Source of the DNA: Dehalococcoidia bacterium
GTDB taxonomy: Bacteria > Chloroflexota > Dehalococcoidia > UBA2979
Assembly: GCA_029941115.1 (NCBI GenBank)
Contig: JAPYRK010000004.1
Location: 21,271 to 85,270 of the forward strand
Length of the DNA: 64,000 nucleotides
Direction: 5' to 3'
The position numbers and the translations under genes were made by a program. Each line of letters starts with the position of its first letter. Position 1 is the first letter of the stretch. A model generated the notes under the pieces. The model saw only the letters and a list, made by a program, of their open reading frames with translations. It was not told where the DNA came from and did not search any database. Shown here piece after piece: positions 1 to 10,661 of this stretch.

Positions 1-1194
1 AACGCAGCATTCAATCCTAGTGGTGGAGCGGCGATTGTCGGGCTAGGGATGACCGAAATGACCCGTGAGTACTCTTATTCAGCGACCGGACTAGCCGGTA
101 TTGCTGTGAAGCGAGCTCTCGATGATGCCGGGCTTAAAAAGGAAGATATCGACGGTCTATTTATAAATGCAGGGGTTACGAATGCTATTTCAACTCCGTT
201 GCAAACATCACTAGGATTTAGAGATCTAAAATTGCTTAATCACATGAACGCAGCCGGTTCTACGGCGGGACAAATGGTGCAGTTTGCGTCGTTAGCCATT
301 CAAGCGGGTATGGCTTCCCACGTGGTATGTGTCTTCGCTGACGATCCCCTCAAACCAGGCACATCGGCTGGTGCCGCTTATGGTGGAACAAGTAATCGAT
401 CTACGGGAATGGCCAGTTTACCAGCGTCTTATGGTTTCTTCTCGGGCGCTAATACTTCGTACGCCTTAGCTGCAAGAAGGCACATGGGTCTGTATGGGAC
501 CACACAGGACCAATTAGGTGCTATCGCTGTATCCACTCGCGCATGGGCCACGATGAATCCGGCGGCAATGCAACAAAAACCAATGACGCTCGATGATTAT
601 CACGGTTCAAGATGGATTGTTGAACCATTTCATTTACTCGATTGCACCCTAGTTTCAAACGGTGCAGTGGCAGTAATTGTTACAGCATCTGATCGAGCCC
701 GTGACCTAAAGCAACCACCAGTTTATATCGCCGGTATGGGTCAAGGTCACCCTGGGAATCCTCGGCAAGCTGGTTACGAAAATGAAGTGAATACTGGCGC
801 GCGCATCGCGCGAGATACAGCTTATTCGATGGCAGGTGTGGGCCCGGATGATATCGACATTCGTGAGCTTTATGATTGTTATACCTACACAACTCTTGTC
901 ACACTTGAGGACTACGGCTTCTGTGAAAAGGGTGAAGGGGGAGCTTTCGTTGAAGATGGAAAATTAGGGCCAGGTGGATCCCATCCGACCAACACAGGAG
1001 GCGGTCAATTGTCTGGTTATTACATGTGGGGGATGACTCCAGTATCGGAAGCGGTCATTCAGACTCGCGGGCAAGGTGGTGAACGACAAGTTCAGACACG
1101 CGACCATGTACTCGTTTCGACCCAAGGTGGAATACTTGATTGGCATTCCACATTAATACTCAGCCCGAATGCTGACGCAGGAACGAGGAATTAA
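1..1194 (+). CDS. Thiolase-fold protein, SCP-x/Ltp2-like, without the nucleophilic Cys (5' end outside window)
   Basis: Frame is open from nt 1 (NAAFNPSGGAAIVGLGMTEM is a thiolase-type N-terminus). SCP2-thiolase-like motifs: NHMNAAGSTAG (Asn at nt 247-249 where thiolases carry the nucleophilic Cys), ELYDCYTYT in place of HDCF, NTGGGQLSGYY. Stop lies 4 nt before the DUF35 gene. Confidence 0.75.
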   Translation, partial: NAAFNPSGGAAIVGLGMTEMTREYSYSATGLAGIAVKRALDDAGLKKEDIDGLFINAGVTNAISTPLQTSLGFRDLKLLNHMNAAGSTAGQMVQFASLAIQAGMASHVVCVFADDPLKPGTSAGAAYGGTSNRSTGMASLPASYGFFSGANTSYALAARRHMGLYGTTQDQLGAIAVSTRAWATMNPAAMQQKPMTLDDYHGSRWIVEPFHLLDCTLVSNGAVAVIVTASDRARDLKQPPVYIAGMGQGHPGNPRQAGYENEVNTGARIARDTAYSMAGVGPDDIDIRELYDCYTYTTLVTLEDYGFCEKGEGGAFVEDGKLGPGGSHPTNTGGGQLSGYYMWGMTPVSEAVIQTRGQGGERQVQTRDHVLVSTQGGILDWHSTLILSPNADAGTRN

Positions 1195-1198
1195 TCTT

Positions 1199-1612
1199 AT
1201 GACTAACCAAGATCAAGCCGTTCGACCCGCACCCATCGTCGATGAGTCTTCGAAGCCTTTTTTTGATGCTGCGGCGGACGCGGTTCTCCTACTGCAGCGC
1301 TGTAATATATGCCACGCTTACCTCTGGCCATTCCGTGAAATTTGTACAGAATGTTTAAGTACAGATCTCAGTTGGGCGCCTTCAACCGGTAAAGGGTCAG
1401 TTCATTCATTTGTTATTATGCACCGTTTGTTTCACCCAGCTTTTCAGGAGGATGTGCCGTATAACCTGACTGTTGTACAACTAGATGAGGGACCACGTGT
1501 CACCTCAATTATCAGAGGTACGGCTAACGAAGATATTCATGTAGGAATGAGCGTATCCGCTAACTGGCACGACGTAAATGGAACACCACTACTACATTTT
1601 GAAGCCTTTTAA
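1199..1612 (+). CDS. DUF35 family Zn-ribbon/OB-fold protein (thiolase partner)
   Basis: Zn-ribbon CNICHAYLWPFREICTEC followed by OB-like GKGSVHSFVIMH. Start moved from 1169 to in-frame ATG 1199 (GAGGA upstream, 4 nt after the upstream stop). Confidence 0.8.
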   Translation: MTNQDQAVRPAPIVDESSKPFFDAAADAVLLLQRCNICHAYLWPFREICTECLSTDLSWAPSTGKGSVHSFVIMHRLFHPAFQEDVPYNLTVVQLDEGPRVTSIIRGTANEDIHVGMSVSANWHDVNGTPLLHFEAF

Positions 1613-1622
1613 AGGAGATTTT

Positions 1623-2843
1623 ATGTCTAACGTTGAATTCCGGCCGGCCACAGAAGAAGAACTTCCAGAATTTTACCGGCAGGCCTCAAGAGCTCTAGGT
1701 ATGACCAATGATAGTTTGGCCGGAATGAACCCCGAATGGACCATGTGTGCCTTCGTTGATGACAAACTTGTCACAACGTACGGAGCTTGGCCTCTTCAAA
1801 TACGATTCAATGGACCGGCAACTCCGATTGCAGGAGTGACCATGGTTTCCACAGATCCATCCCATCGCCGTAAGGGCTATCTCACGAGCGTAAAGAAAAA
1901 ACATTTTGAGCAGATGCATGAGCGCCGTGAACAAGCAATCGCCGCGCTTCATCCGGCCTGGATGGCAATCTACCAGCGATATGGTTACGGAACTATAAAT
2001 GATCGCCATTCCTATGTAATTGAGCCGCGATTTATTAATTTCCATCATCCTGTTGAAATTGCCGGTAAAATTCGTGAAGTCAATCTTGAAGAAGAATTCG
2101 GACTACTTGTAGACGTGTATCGGCGGTTCCGTGAAGACCGCAATGGGCTGGTTCACCGTGGCAAAGCAATGTGGGATGAAGGACCTCTCGAGCCGACAAC
2201 ACCTGAGAGGCAGCGCTCAATCTTTACGTATGAGGAATACGGAGAACCCTTAGGATATGTCATCTATACATCAGGACCTGGAGCTGAAGGTCAGCCACAT
2301 TCGAGTAATGGCGTAACCCAATATGCTGACGTCTCTGATTTCTTCGCTATCACCCCGGCAGCCTACCAAGCACTATGGAAATTATTGGCCGGAATAGATA
2401 ATGTTCAAAATATCCGCTGGAATAATGCACCATCAAATGACCCCCTGGCAAACATGCTGACCGAACCAAAAATGCTGAATACATCTCGCCGTGATGGCAT
2501 CATGTCAAGGCTCGTAACTATGCAGGATGCACTACCCCAGAGGAAATATGACACCCAAGGGGAAATTAGCTTTAAGTTAATTGATGGCTTCTGCCCGTGG
2601 AACAATGGTTCGTGGAAACTGCGTACTGCCGAATCTCAGGCTGAGGTTGTGGCAATTCGCGCCGGCACGGAAGATCTGACTCTAACTCCGGATACCTTAG
2701 CCACATTAATATTCGGTTATTACACTGCGAGTGACGCAGAAAGAGCGGGACTCGTCGATGTCAACAAACCTGAAGCATTGGTCGAATGGGATCGTACTCT
2801 TCGGACCCGGTATACACCGTACGAGGCTGAACATACCTGGTAA
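1623..2843 (+). CDS. GNAT acetyltransferase, Eis-like, with probable C-terminal SCP2-like domain
   Basis: Start moved to ATG 1623 (AAGGAG 5 nt upstream). GNAT motif-A-like HRRKGYLTSV. The ~406-aa length and overall pattern resemble Eis-type proteins. Pattern recognition only. Confidence 0.6.
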   Translation: MSNVEFRPATEEELPEFYRQASRALGMTNDSLAGMNPEWTMCAFVDDKLVTTYGAWPLQIRFNGPATPIAGVTMVSTDPSHRRKGYLTSVKKKHFEQMHERREQAIAALHPAWMAIYQRYGYGTINDRHSYVIEPRFINFHHPVEIAGKIREVNLEEEFGLLVDVYRRFREDRNGLVHRGKAMWDEGPLEPTTPERQRSIFTYEEYGEPLGYVIYTSGPGAEGQPHSSNGVTQYADVSDFFAITPAAYQALWKLLAGIDNVQNIRWNNAPSNDPLANMLTEPKMLNTSRRDGIMSRLVTMQDALPQRKYDTQGEISFKLIDGFCPWNNGSWKLRTAESQAEVVAIRAGTEDLTLTPDTLATLIFGYYTASDAERAGLVDVNKPEALVEWDRTLRTRYTPYEAEHTW

Positions 2844-2856
2844 ATACAGAAGTTAA

Positions 2857-3285
2857 TCAACCCGCAGGCAAAGTTTCAAGTTGTTTCACGTGGTCAAGAA
2901 GGTGCCAAGTTGCAAAGTCAACTGCGCCACCAATAGTCGGTTCGAACCCCTGACCCGCTAGAAATTGGGCTGGTTTCTTGATGTCGCCGTCTTCGATATA
3001 CCCGTATACACGATTTGTGTCCTCTGTGACTTGAACAAAGGTCTCAAGGCCAATTTCAACGGTAATGGCGTTAATTTCAATTGGGTGAACAGCACTGGCC
3101 TCCAGAGCCGACGCGACGGCGTTGGCGAAGTAGTTTTCGTTTTCAATCACATGTTCGGAGATTCGGCGCGCACCCCAATTACTGGACTCACCCATCTCCC
3201 AAGAATCAGAACTGTTTCGCATAGCTGCCATAAAAAGCTCACGAGTCTCAGCCAACTTATCTCGAAGTTCCTGAGCTGTTGTCAT
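2857..3285 (-). CDS. DinB-superfamily protein
   Basis: Start moved to internal ATG 3285 (GAAGGA upstream). 142 aa with DinB-like helical pattern and His residues (SEHV, WHLLDHV). Confidence 0.55.
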   Translation of the reverse strand: MTTAQELRDKLAETRELFMAAMRNSSDSWEMGESSNWGARRISEHVIENENYFANAVASALEASAVHPIEINAITVEIGLETFVQVTEDTNRVYGYIEDGDIKKPAQFLAGQGFEPTIGGAVDFATWHLLDHVKQLETLPAG

Positions 3286-3428
3286 TACTAGTAATCCTTC
3301 TTTTGATGCATTTCTTTGAATGCTTGTATCAGGGTAACTCGACACCAATTCATCTGTCCAAAAGCACGTAACTGTGTACATCGCTACCCTCATGTCAGCG
3401 CCGTAATCGAGTCGTCGAGGAGAATTCA

Positions 3429-6002
3429 ATGATAGATAGTTCTAATTCGGTAAAAGATGTCTTATCTGAGTCAGACGCAACAGAACGCTATGAAAATATC
3501 TCAAATGTCAAATATCGCTTGGAATTAGATCTTCCCGGCAATGCAAGTAAAACCTATTCAGGAGTGTTAAATACCACCTTTGCAGTGCAAAACAGCTCGG
3601 AGACTTTTTTAGATTTCACAGGATCTGAAATCACATCACTTGAACTGAACGGTACCGCGGTTACCGATCCCAACTGGAATGGACACCGACTCTGGATTGG
3701 GCCTCAGGATGGTCTAATTACGGGTGAGAATTCGGTTGAACTAAAGTATATTAACGACTACGACCACACCGGTGATGGATTTCACCAGTTCATCGATCCA
3801 GAAGATAACCAAGAATACGTTTATTCGAACTTTGAGCCGTACTCTGCGCACCGACTATTTCCTTGCTTCGATCAACCCAATATCAAAGCCACCTACCTAC
3901 TAACAGTTGAATGTCCCTCCGACTGGACTCTGATCGGGAACAGTAGCCCAACCTCAGTGAATAACGTTGCGGATGGCCGGACCAGGCACGACTTTGAGAG
4001 GACGCGACTATTCTCCACATATTTATTTGCCTTAGTAGGAGGTCCCTATGAGAGATTTGAAAGTCACTATACTCCGAACAAATCCGACTCGGACACAATT
4101 CCTCTAGGATTTTATGCCCGAAAGTCTTTGGCACCTCATGTTGACGAGGACGAACTATTTGAAATTACCTGCCAAGGCTTCGAGTACTTTGAAGATTTCT
4201 TTGACTTCCCATATCCCTTTCGAAAGTATGATCAAATATTTGTACCCGAATTCAATCACGGTGCTATGGAAAACGTCGGCGCAGTAACGCATTCCGAGCG
4301 TCTCGTATACAGGGATCCTCCCACTTATAACCAGCGACTGACCAGAGCTGAAGTGATTCTCCATGAAATGGCACATATGTGGTTTGGTGACTTAGTGACC
4401 ATGAATTGGTGGAATGATCTTTGGCTTAACGAATCGTTTGCCTCCTATATGAGCTTCTTAGCCCTCACAGAGAACACAAGATTTACAGATGCTTGGCAAT
4501 CCTTCAACTCACGTATGAAAGCTTGGGCATATCGGCAGGATCAACTAGTTACCACACATCCTGTTGCAGGTGAGGTCAGTGACACGGATCAAACATTCCT
4601 AAATTTTGATGGTATTACCTACGGAAAGGGTGCGGCTGTTATCAAACAGTTGGTTAAAACCATTGGGATGCCAGCTTTTAAGTCGGGCATGCAACGCTAT
4701 ATGGCTAAACACGCATTTTCAAACACTGCACTCGATGACTGGCTTGAAAGTCTTGGTGAGGGTGTTGACCAAGATCTAAAAAGTTGGGCTGACTCATGGT
4801 TAGAAACGGCACAGCATAACAGCATACAGATTCATCGAAGCGAAGATCCAGATGAGCAGAACATGATACTCATTTCCCAAACGGCGCCTGACAATTTTCC
4901 GACGATTCGCAGACACACGCTTGAACTTTTAGTTGGAAATTTAGTCGACTCGTCCTTCAAGAGCACGATCCATGAAATTGTAATTACAGATCATTCAACT
5001 CAATTTGATATCTTAGACAAAGCGGCCGATTTCCTTTTCCCGAATTTTGGAGATCATGGATATGTCCAAGTGACCTTGGACCCAGAATCACTTCAATTTG
5101 TTAAGGAACATTTAGAAAAAATTACCAACCCGCTGCTCAGAATGCAGATCTGGCAGTCACTATGGGAAATGGTCAGAAATCAGGAATTGAGTTCACTTGA
5201 TTACATAACAATTGCGACTGAAAAAGTTCAAATCGAAAGCGATTTGGAGCTGATTGAGGTCATCATCGAGCAACTTAGTTCAGCCGTGTCACGTTACGTC
5301 CCAGAAGAAATGAAGCTCTCCGAGGCTCGTAAATTATTTACATTAGCAAATTCTCAACTCGCTGTTGCACGTAATTCCGACGAAAGAATCCTGTGGGGGC
5401 GAGCAATGTTTGGTTTTGCCGTAGCAGACGACGACATTGCACAAAGCCTAGATATTATCGAACAGAAAGTAACTATAAAGGAATTCATTCCGGACCAAGA
5501 TATGCGGTGGGGGGTAATTACAAGCGCAACAGCAGCAGGCTTTGAAAACGCAAAGTTATTAGTGACAGAGGAACTCACTAGTGATCCGACCGATCGGGGA
5601 GAGCGAGCAGCCCTCCGAGCCGAAACGTCCGCACCAGATCAAGAAAATAAAGAACAAGCATGGAAGAGATTTATCACTGACGCCGGTTATGGTTCTCTCC
5701 ATCAAACAGCCGCTGCTATGTCTGGCTTCCTCTGGTGGAAGCAGGCCGATCTTCTTGGACCCTATGTGGACAGGTTTTTTGAGGAAGTCACCCGAGTTTT
5801 TGAAACGGAAGAAAATCATTTCGCGCAATCATATTTTGGTTCATTATTTCCCGGATATCTGGTTGATTACGAGTTATTAGAGAAATCTAAAGCGTTACTC
5901 GCAAAAACCCCCCCAGAGAATCAACTATTGAGGCGAATGCTTTTAGAAGCAAATGACAATTTAACTAGAGCGATAAAGTGTCGAGAATATGCCCGTAAAT
6001 AA
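3429..6002 (+). CDS. pepN: Aminopeptidase N (M1 family zinc metallopeptidase)
   Basis: GAMEN exopeptidase motif (HGAMENVGA) and HEMAHMWFGD-x18-E (WLNESFA) zincin motif. 857 aa. GAGGAG RBS upstream. Confidence 0.9.
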   Translation: MIDSSNSVKDVLSESDATERYENISNVKYRLELDLPGNASKTYSGVLNTTFAVQNSSETFLDFTGSEITSLELNGTAVTDPNWNGHRLWIGPQDGLITGENSVELKYINDYDHTGDGFHQFIDPEDNQEYVYSNFEPYSAHRLFPCFDQPNIKATYLLTVECPSDWTLIGNSSPTSVNNVADGRTRHDFERTRLFSTYLFALVGGPYERFESHYTPNKSDSDTIPLGFYARKSLAPHVDEDELFEITCQGFEYFEDFFDFPYPFRKYDQIFVPEFNHGAMENVGAVTHSERLVYRDPPTYNQRLTRAEVILHEMAHMWFGDLVTMNWWNDLWLNESFASYMSFLALTENTRFTDAWQSFNSRMKAWAYRQDQLVTTHPVAGEVSDTDQTFLNFDGITYGKGAAVIKQLVKTIGMPAFKSGMQRYMAKHAFSNTALDDWLESLGEGVDQDLKSWADSWLETAQHNSIQIHRSEDPDEQNMILISQTAPDNFPTIRRHTLELLVGNLVDSSFKSTIHEIVITDHSTQFDILDKAADFLFPNFGDHGYVQVTLDPESLQFVKEHLEKITNPLLRMQIWQSLWEMVRNQELSSLDYITIATEKVQIESDLELIEVIIEQLSSAVSRYVPEEMKLSEARKLFTLANSQLAVARNSDERILWGRAMFGFAVADDDIAQSLDIIEQKVTIKEFIPDQDMRWGVITSATAAGFENAKLLVTEELTSDPTDRGERAALRAETSAPDQENKEQAWKRFITDAGYGSLHQTAAAMSGFLWWKQADLLGPYVDRFFEEVTRVFETEENHFAQSYFGSLFPGYLVDYELLEKSKALLAKTPPENQLLRRMLLEANDNLTRAIKCREYARK

Positions 6003-6025
6003 AGAGTAGTAGTTAAGGCCGTTTT

Positions 6026-7333
6026 GTGAAGTTATTTAGTGCGCCAAAGCCACAGGAGTCACAAAACAAACTTTATTACGGCTGGTACATAGTGGGCGCC
6101 GGATTAATTATCCAACTCCTCGGAGCATCACTTATGCATCATGCCTTGGGCGCATATGCTCTCGCTATCACTCGAGATCTTGGCTGGAGTCGAACAGCAC
6201 TCTCAGGAGGGTTTTCGCTTGCAAGATTTGAGAGTGGTTTACTCGGCCCTGCGCAGGGTTGGCTCATTGATAAATACGGACCACGTACCGTTCTAAGATG
6301 GGGTTTAGTTTCATTCGGATTAGGATTTATTGCATTTAGCCAAATCACAGAGTTGTGGCATTTTTACATAATTTTTACAGTCATCGCCATTGGGTCAAGC
6401 CTCGGTGGCTTCATGTCTGTCACCGTGGCTGTCGTAAGTTGGTTTAATCAAAAACGAGCTAAGGCTTTGGCCATGGCTCAGTTAGGTTTTTCAATCGGAG
6501 GTCTACTTGGGGGATCCGTAATTTTAGTGATGATTACTGAAATCGGATGGCGAGAATTCTCAATTGGATCAGGTGTACTGATTCTCATATTGGCGTTCCC
6601 TCTCACGTCTGTAATGTACAGAGCGCCTGAGGATTTCGGCCTCACTATTGACGGATTGCAGCCGAAGAAATTGCTGCTGCGAAAGGAAAATCAGACAGAA
6701 GAAGAAATTCAGACTCGTGAGGAACCGGCGTATACATGGCAGGAGGCAATGAAAACATCCTCATTTTGGATGATTGGGTTGGGGCACGCATTTGCGGTCA
6801 TGGTTGTATCAACTTTGATGCTTCATCTCCCGTTGCACCTTGTAGAAGGAAGAGGTTTTTCTGAGGTACAGGCAGCGGGAATAGCTGCAGGTATGATGGC
6901 ATGCCAAATACCAGGGCAAGCAATCGCCGGATATTTGGGAGAACGAATAGGAAAAAGAAAATTGACCACAACAGCAATGCTGATGCATGGCACTGCACTA
7001 CTAATCCTTGCTCAATATTCGTCGTACCCGATGATGATTCTTTTTGCAGTCATGAATGGTGTTGCTTGGGGTATCAGAGGACCGCTCATGCAAACAATGC
7101 GAGCGGAATATTTCGGCCGAAAACATTTTGGAATGATTATGGGTTGGTCATCCGTGCTCATTATGGCTGGATCCTTTAGTGGGCCAATGATTGCAGGCTG
7201 GTTATTTGATATAGCGGGTTCATATGACACTGGATTTACGTTCATTGCAATGTTCCCGATAGCAGGCTCTTTATTTTTCTTATTTGCTGGACCGCCCAAA
7301 AAAAATGATGCAGGTGATATCAGTACTTACTAA
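6026..7333 (+). CDS. MFS transporter
   Basis: 435 aa, about 12 predicted hydrophobic helices with a central hydrophilic loop. GTG start. The stop overlaps the dnaE2 stop convergently. Confidence 0.8.
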   Translation: MKLFSAPKPQESQNKLYYGWYIVGAGLIIQLLGASLMHHALGAYALAITRDLGWSRTALSGGFSLARFESGLLGPAQGWLIDKYGPRTVLRWGLVSFGLGFIAFSQITELWHFYIIFTVIAIGSSLGGFMSVTVAVVSWFNQKRAKALAMAQLGFSIGGLLGGSVILVMITEIGWREFSIGSGVLILILAFPLTSVMYRAPEDFGLTIDGLQPKKLLLRKENQTEEEIQTREEPAYTWQEAMKTSSFWMIGLGHAFAVMVVSTLMLHLPLHLVEGRGFSEVQAAGIAAGMMACQIPGQAIAGYLGERIGKRKLTTTAMLMHGTALLILAQYSSYPMMILFAVMNGVAWGIRGPLMQTMRAEYFGRKHFGMIMGWSSVLIMAGSFSGPMIAGWLFDIAGSYDTGFTFIAMFPIAGSLFFLFAGPPKKNDAGDISTY

Positions 7334-10300
7334 TTCCATGATTTTGTTCGTAGATTCAATGCTGCACTCATACTAGGCGTATCAAATCGCATAGGCGTTA
7401 TTTCATCAACAATAATTGTGCGTGCCTGATTAATATTACCCTCCAACGTACCCGTTATTCTAAGAAACACAACCGTGTTAATAATAAAATTATATTTATC
7501 AACTATTGCTGGTCGTAACAAAGCATTAATTACACCAAATTCATCTTCGAGCAATAAAAAAACAACTCCATTTGCAGTAGATGGTCTCTGGCGACATACC
7601 AATAGACCTATTACTTCCACTAAAGTAGTTGATGATTTTGAGGCCAGATCACAACTAGATATAAATTGATTTGGTTGCATATTACGAAAAAATTCCATCG
7701 GATGACTATCTGGTGAAAGATTCAATAATCTATAGTCTGTTACCATTTTTTCAAATCGGTTGAAGTCCTCAAAATCTATATCAGCGATCGGCTCTTGAAA
7801 TGACAATTGCAATTGATGATTAGATATTCCGTTTGAATCAATATAAGTTGACAGGGCTTTCCCTTGAAATAGTCCCATATGCCAAATTAACTGACGCCGA
7901 TTTAGGCCGAAAGAATCAAATGCGCCTACTTGAATCAGGTTAAGCACAACTTCTATTGGTAATGCCGTACGTTGGATAAATTGAAAGAGTGTTATATACG
8001 GACCAGCTCGTTCGCGTTCAGTAATTATTTGGCTTGCAAGAGTCACGCCAATTCCTCTTACATAACCGATTCCAATATTAATAGTATTGGAGTCATCTTC
8101 AGTCCTGGAACTCACTGTGCAATTAATACTGCTGTAATTAATATCTGGACGGTTTATTACCATCCCATGGCGTTTAGCATCATTTGTTAAAACATGCGGT
8201 GGGTAAAATCCCATAGGTTGATTGTTAAATAGTGCACAAATAAATTCAGCTGGATAGTATTGCTTAAGCCATGCTGTCTGATAAGCCAGCAAAGCGAAGG
8301 CGGTCCCATGGCTTTTAGGAAATCCAAACTGAGCAAACCCTAACAAGTTATTAAATATATCAATTGCGGATTGTGATGTAACTCCTTTTTTTAAAGCAGC
8401 ATTCAAAAATTTCTCGCGATAGTCATTAATTTCAGCTAATCCTGATTTTCTTCCTAAAGTACGACGGAAATTATCTGCTTCGCCGGCTGTAAAATCAGCT
8501 AAGGCTTGAGCTACCTGTATAACCTGCTCTTGGAAAATCACAACACCTAGCGTTTCAGCTAAAACGGGACGTAAGTCTGAATGCGCATAAGGGGGTTCGT
8601 AGTCTGGAGACAGTAATTTCTTTTCACGTCTTTGTATATAGGGATTAACAGCACCACCCACTATTGGTCCGGGTCGTACTATCGACACTTGTATAGCCAA
8701 ATCATTCAAATTTCTAGGTTTCGTACGAGGGAGCATTGCTATCTGTGCACGGGATTCAATTTGAAATACTCCAATAGTATCTCCTGCACATATTGAATCG
8801 TAGACCGTACTATCATCAAAATTAATCCGAGACAAATCTATGCTTGAATCCTTATTTCGGATTATCAAATCCACAGTTTCTTCTACTACTGAAAGCATTC
8901 CTAATCCAAGTAAATCGATCTTGATCATTCGAGCATCTTCGATAGAATCTTTGTCCCACTGGCATATGTAGCGATTAGGCCAAGCAGTGGGCTGACATGC
9001 GACATAATTCGTTAGTGGTTTAGACGAAATTACCATTCCACCAGGATGTTGAGACATATGGCGAGGAAAACCAACTAGCTGCCCTACTAGTTCCAATAAT
9101 AGTTGCCAACTGGGGGTTTTATCCTTTTGTGAAAGTTCAACTGATGACTCAATGAATTCACCTAACTCATCAATATTCGAAACTAGACTTGATTGCTTTA
9201 TTAGACGTCTAAGTAAATTCCTAGGCAATCCAAGTGCCTGCCCTACATCACGAATTGCACTTCGCAATTTATATCGAGAAAATGTCGCTACCAAAGCTGC
9301 ATACTCGATTCCCCAATACTCAAATATTCGTTCAATCAGCGCCGCTCTAATGTCACGAGGAAAATCAAGATCAATGTCAGGTAAAGAATATAATTCTTCA
9401 TTCAAAAAACGTCCCAAAAACAGATTGTTTTGTACTGGGTCAATATGAGACAAACCAATTAAATAACACACCACAGAAGCAACAGAAGATCCTCGACCTC
9501 GACCAATTGGAAGTTGGTTATGATATCGATTATTGGAGCCTCGAATTTCAGTTGCTACAGATTTTGCGAGCTCAAAAATATCTGCATATATGAGAAAAAA
9601 GCCCGATAATTTATGCTTATCAATTAAACGTAATTCTTCGGTTAAACGTCCGTATGCTGCCGCCAGAAACTCAGTGTTTTGATATCGATCTCCAAGTTTT
9701 TGAAAACATATTTCAGATAAATGTTCATGTGCTGACAATTCACTCGGTAATGTCGGAGTTGGTAATTCATATTCAAGATCTTCAGTTAAATCAAATTGAC
9801 AGCGTTTTGAAATCAATACTGAATTATCTGTTAAATATTTCCCATATTGTGAAAAACGCACAATTTGTTCACTAGGAGCTCTTAAATAAAATTCTGCATT
9901 CGGTCGACGTACAGATTCTGCCTCATTAATACGGACCTTATGACTAATAGCGACCAAAATATCCTGTAAGCGATATCTACTTGGAATGTGATAATGAACA
10001 TTTCCAGTTGCAACCGAAGGAATTCCAGTATCGAAGGATAATTTCAGTAAACGCCTGTTACGATTCGAATCACCTAATACGAAGTTGTCCTGAATCTCAA
10101 TAAAAACATTACTAAATCCAAAAGAATCTACCCAATATCGTAAAATATCCTCACTCGCCTTAGTCTCACCACTCTCTAATTTCTGATTAAGCAAACCTTC
10201 CTGACATCCTGTCAATAAAATTACACCATCGGTATGACTGGTTAATGTTGAGATAGAAACAGATGGGTGTATTCGTTTATTCTCTCTCGAAAAAGCGGTT

Positions 10301-10638
10301 GGTTCGTATAAACCAAATGCCGCACTTGATAACTTACAAAGATTTGAATAACCGACTTGGTTCTCTGCTAAAAGTGTTACATGATGAGTTGCTTCCGAAT
10401 TCGCTGAATTTACAGGGTCACCAATTACATCTAACTCTAATCCTATAATTGGTTTGATGCCTATTTTTTTTGCCTTTTGTGCAAATTCCATCGACCCTGA
10501 AAGAGAATTATGATCGGTTAAAGCCATACTTTGATAACCCATTTGTTTTGCTTGTGTCAGCAATTCATCAATGCTAGATCCGCCCTCAAGTAAGGAATAA
10601 TTAGAGTGCATATGAAGTTCGACATACCCAGATTTCAT
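7330..10638 (-). CDS. dnaE2: Error-prone DNA polymerase III alpha-like subunit DnaE2 (ImuC)
   Basis: N-terminal PHP motif YVELHMHSNYSLLEG. 1102 aa, a DnaE2-type length. Sits immediately downstream of imuB behind a LexA box. Confidence 0.9.
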   Translation of the reverse strand: MKSGYVELHMHSNYSLLEGGSSIDELLTQAKQMGYQSMALTDHNSLSGSMEFAQKAKKIGIKPIIGLELDVIGDPVNSANSEATHHVTLLAENQVGYSNLCKLSSAAFGLYEPTAFSRENKRIHPSVSISTLTSHTDGVILLTGCQEGLLNQKLESGETKASEDILRYWVDSFGFSNVFIEIQDNFVLGDSNRNRRLLKLSFDTGIPSVATGNVHYHIPSRYRLQDILVAISHKVRINEAESVRRPNAEFYLRAPSEQIVRFSQYGKYLTDNSVLISKRCQFDLTEDLEYELPTPTLPSELSAHEHLSEICFQKLGDRYQNTEFLAAAYGRLTEELRLIDKHKLSGFFLIYADIFELAKSVATEIRGSNNRYHNQLPIGRGRGSSVASVVCYLIGLSHIDPVQNNLFLGRFLNEELYSLPDIDLDFPRDIRAALIERIFEYWGIEYAALVATFSRYKLRSAIRDVGQALGLPRNLLRRLIKQSSLVSNIDELGEFIESSVELSQKDKTPSWQLLLELVGQLVGFPRHMSQHPGGMVISSKPLTNYVACQPTAWPNRYICQWDKDSIEDARMIKIDLLGLGMLSVVEETVDLIIRNKDSSIDLSRINFDDSTVYDSICAGDTIGVFQIESRAQIAMLPRTKPRNLNDLAIQVSIVRPGPIVGGAVNPYIQRREKKLLSPDYEPPYAHSDLRPVLAETLGVVIFQEQVIQVAQALADFTAGEADNFRRTLGRKSGLAEINDYREKFLNAALKKGVTSQSAIDIFNNLLGFAQFGFPKSHGTAFALLAYQTAWLKQYYPAEFICALFNNQPMGFYPPHVLTNDAKRHGMVINRPDINYSSINCTVSSRTEDDSNTINIGIGYVRGIGVTLASQIITERERAGPYITLFQFIQRTALPIEVVLNLIQVGAFDSFGLNRRQLIWHMGLFQGKALSTYIDSNGISNHQLQLSFQEPIADIDFEDFNRFEKMVTDYRLLNLSPDSHPMEFFRNMQPNQFISSCDLASKSSTTLVEVIGLLVCRQRPSTANGVVFLLLEDEFGVINALLRPAIVDKYNFIINTVVFLRITGTLEGNINQARTIIVDEITPMRFDTPSMSAALNLRTKSWN

Positions 10639-10661
10639 GATATAAAACTAATAACTCACTT

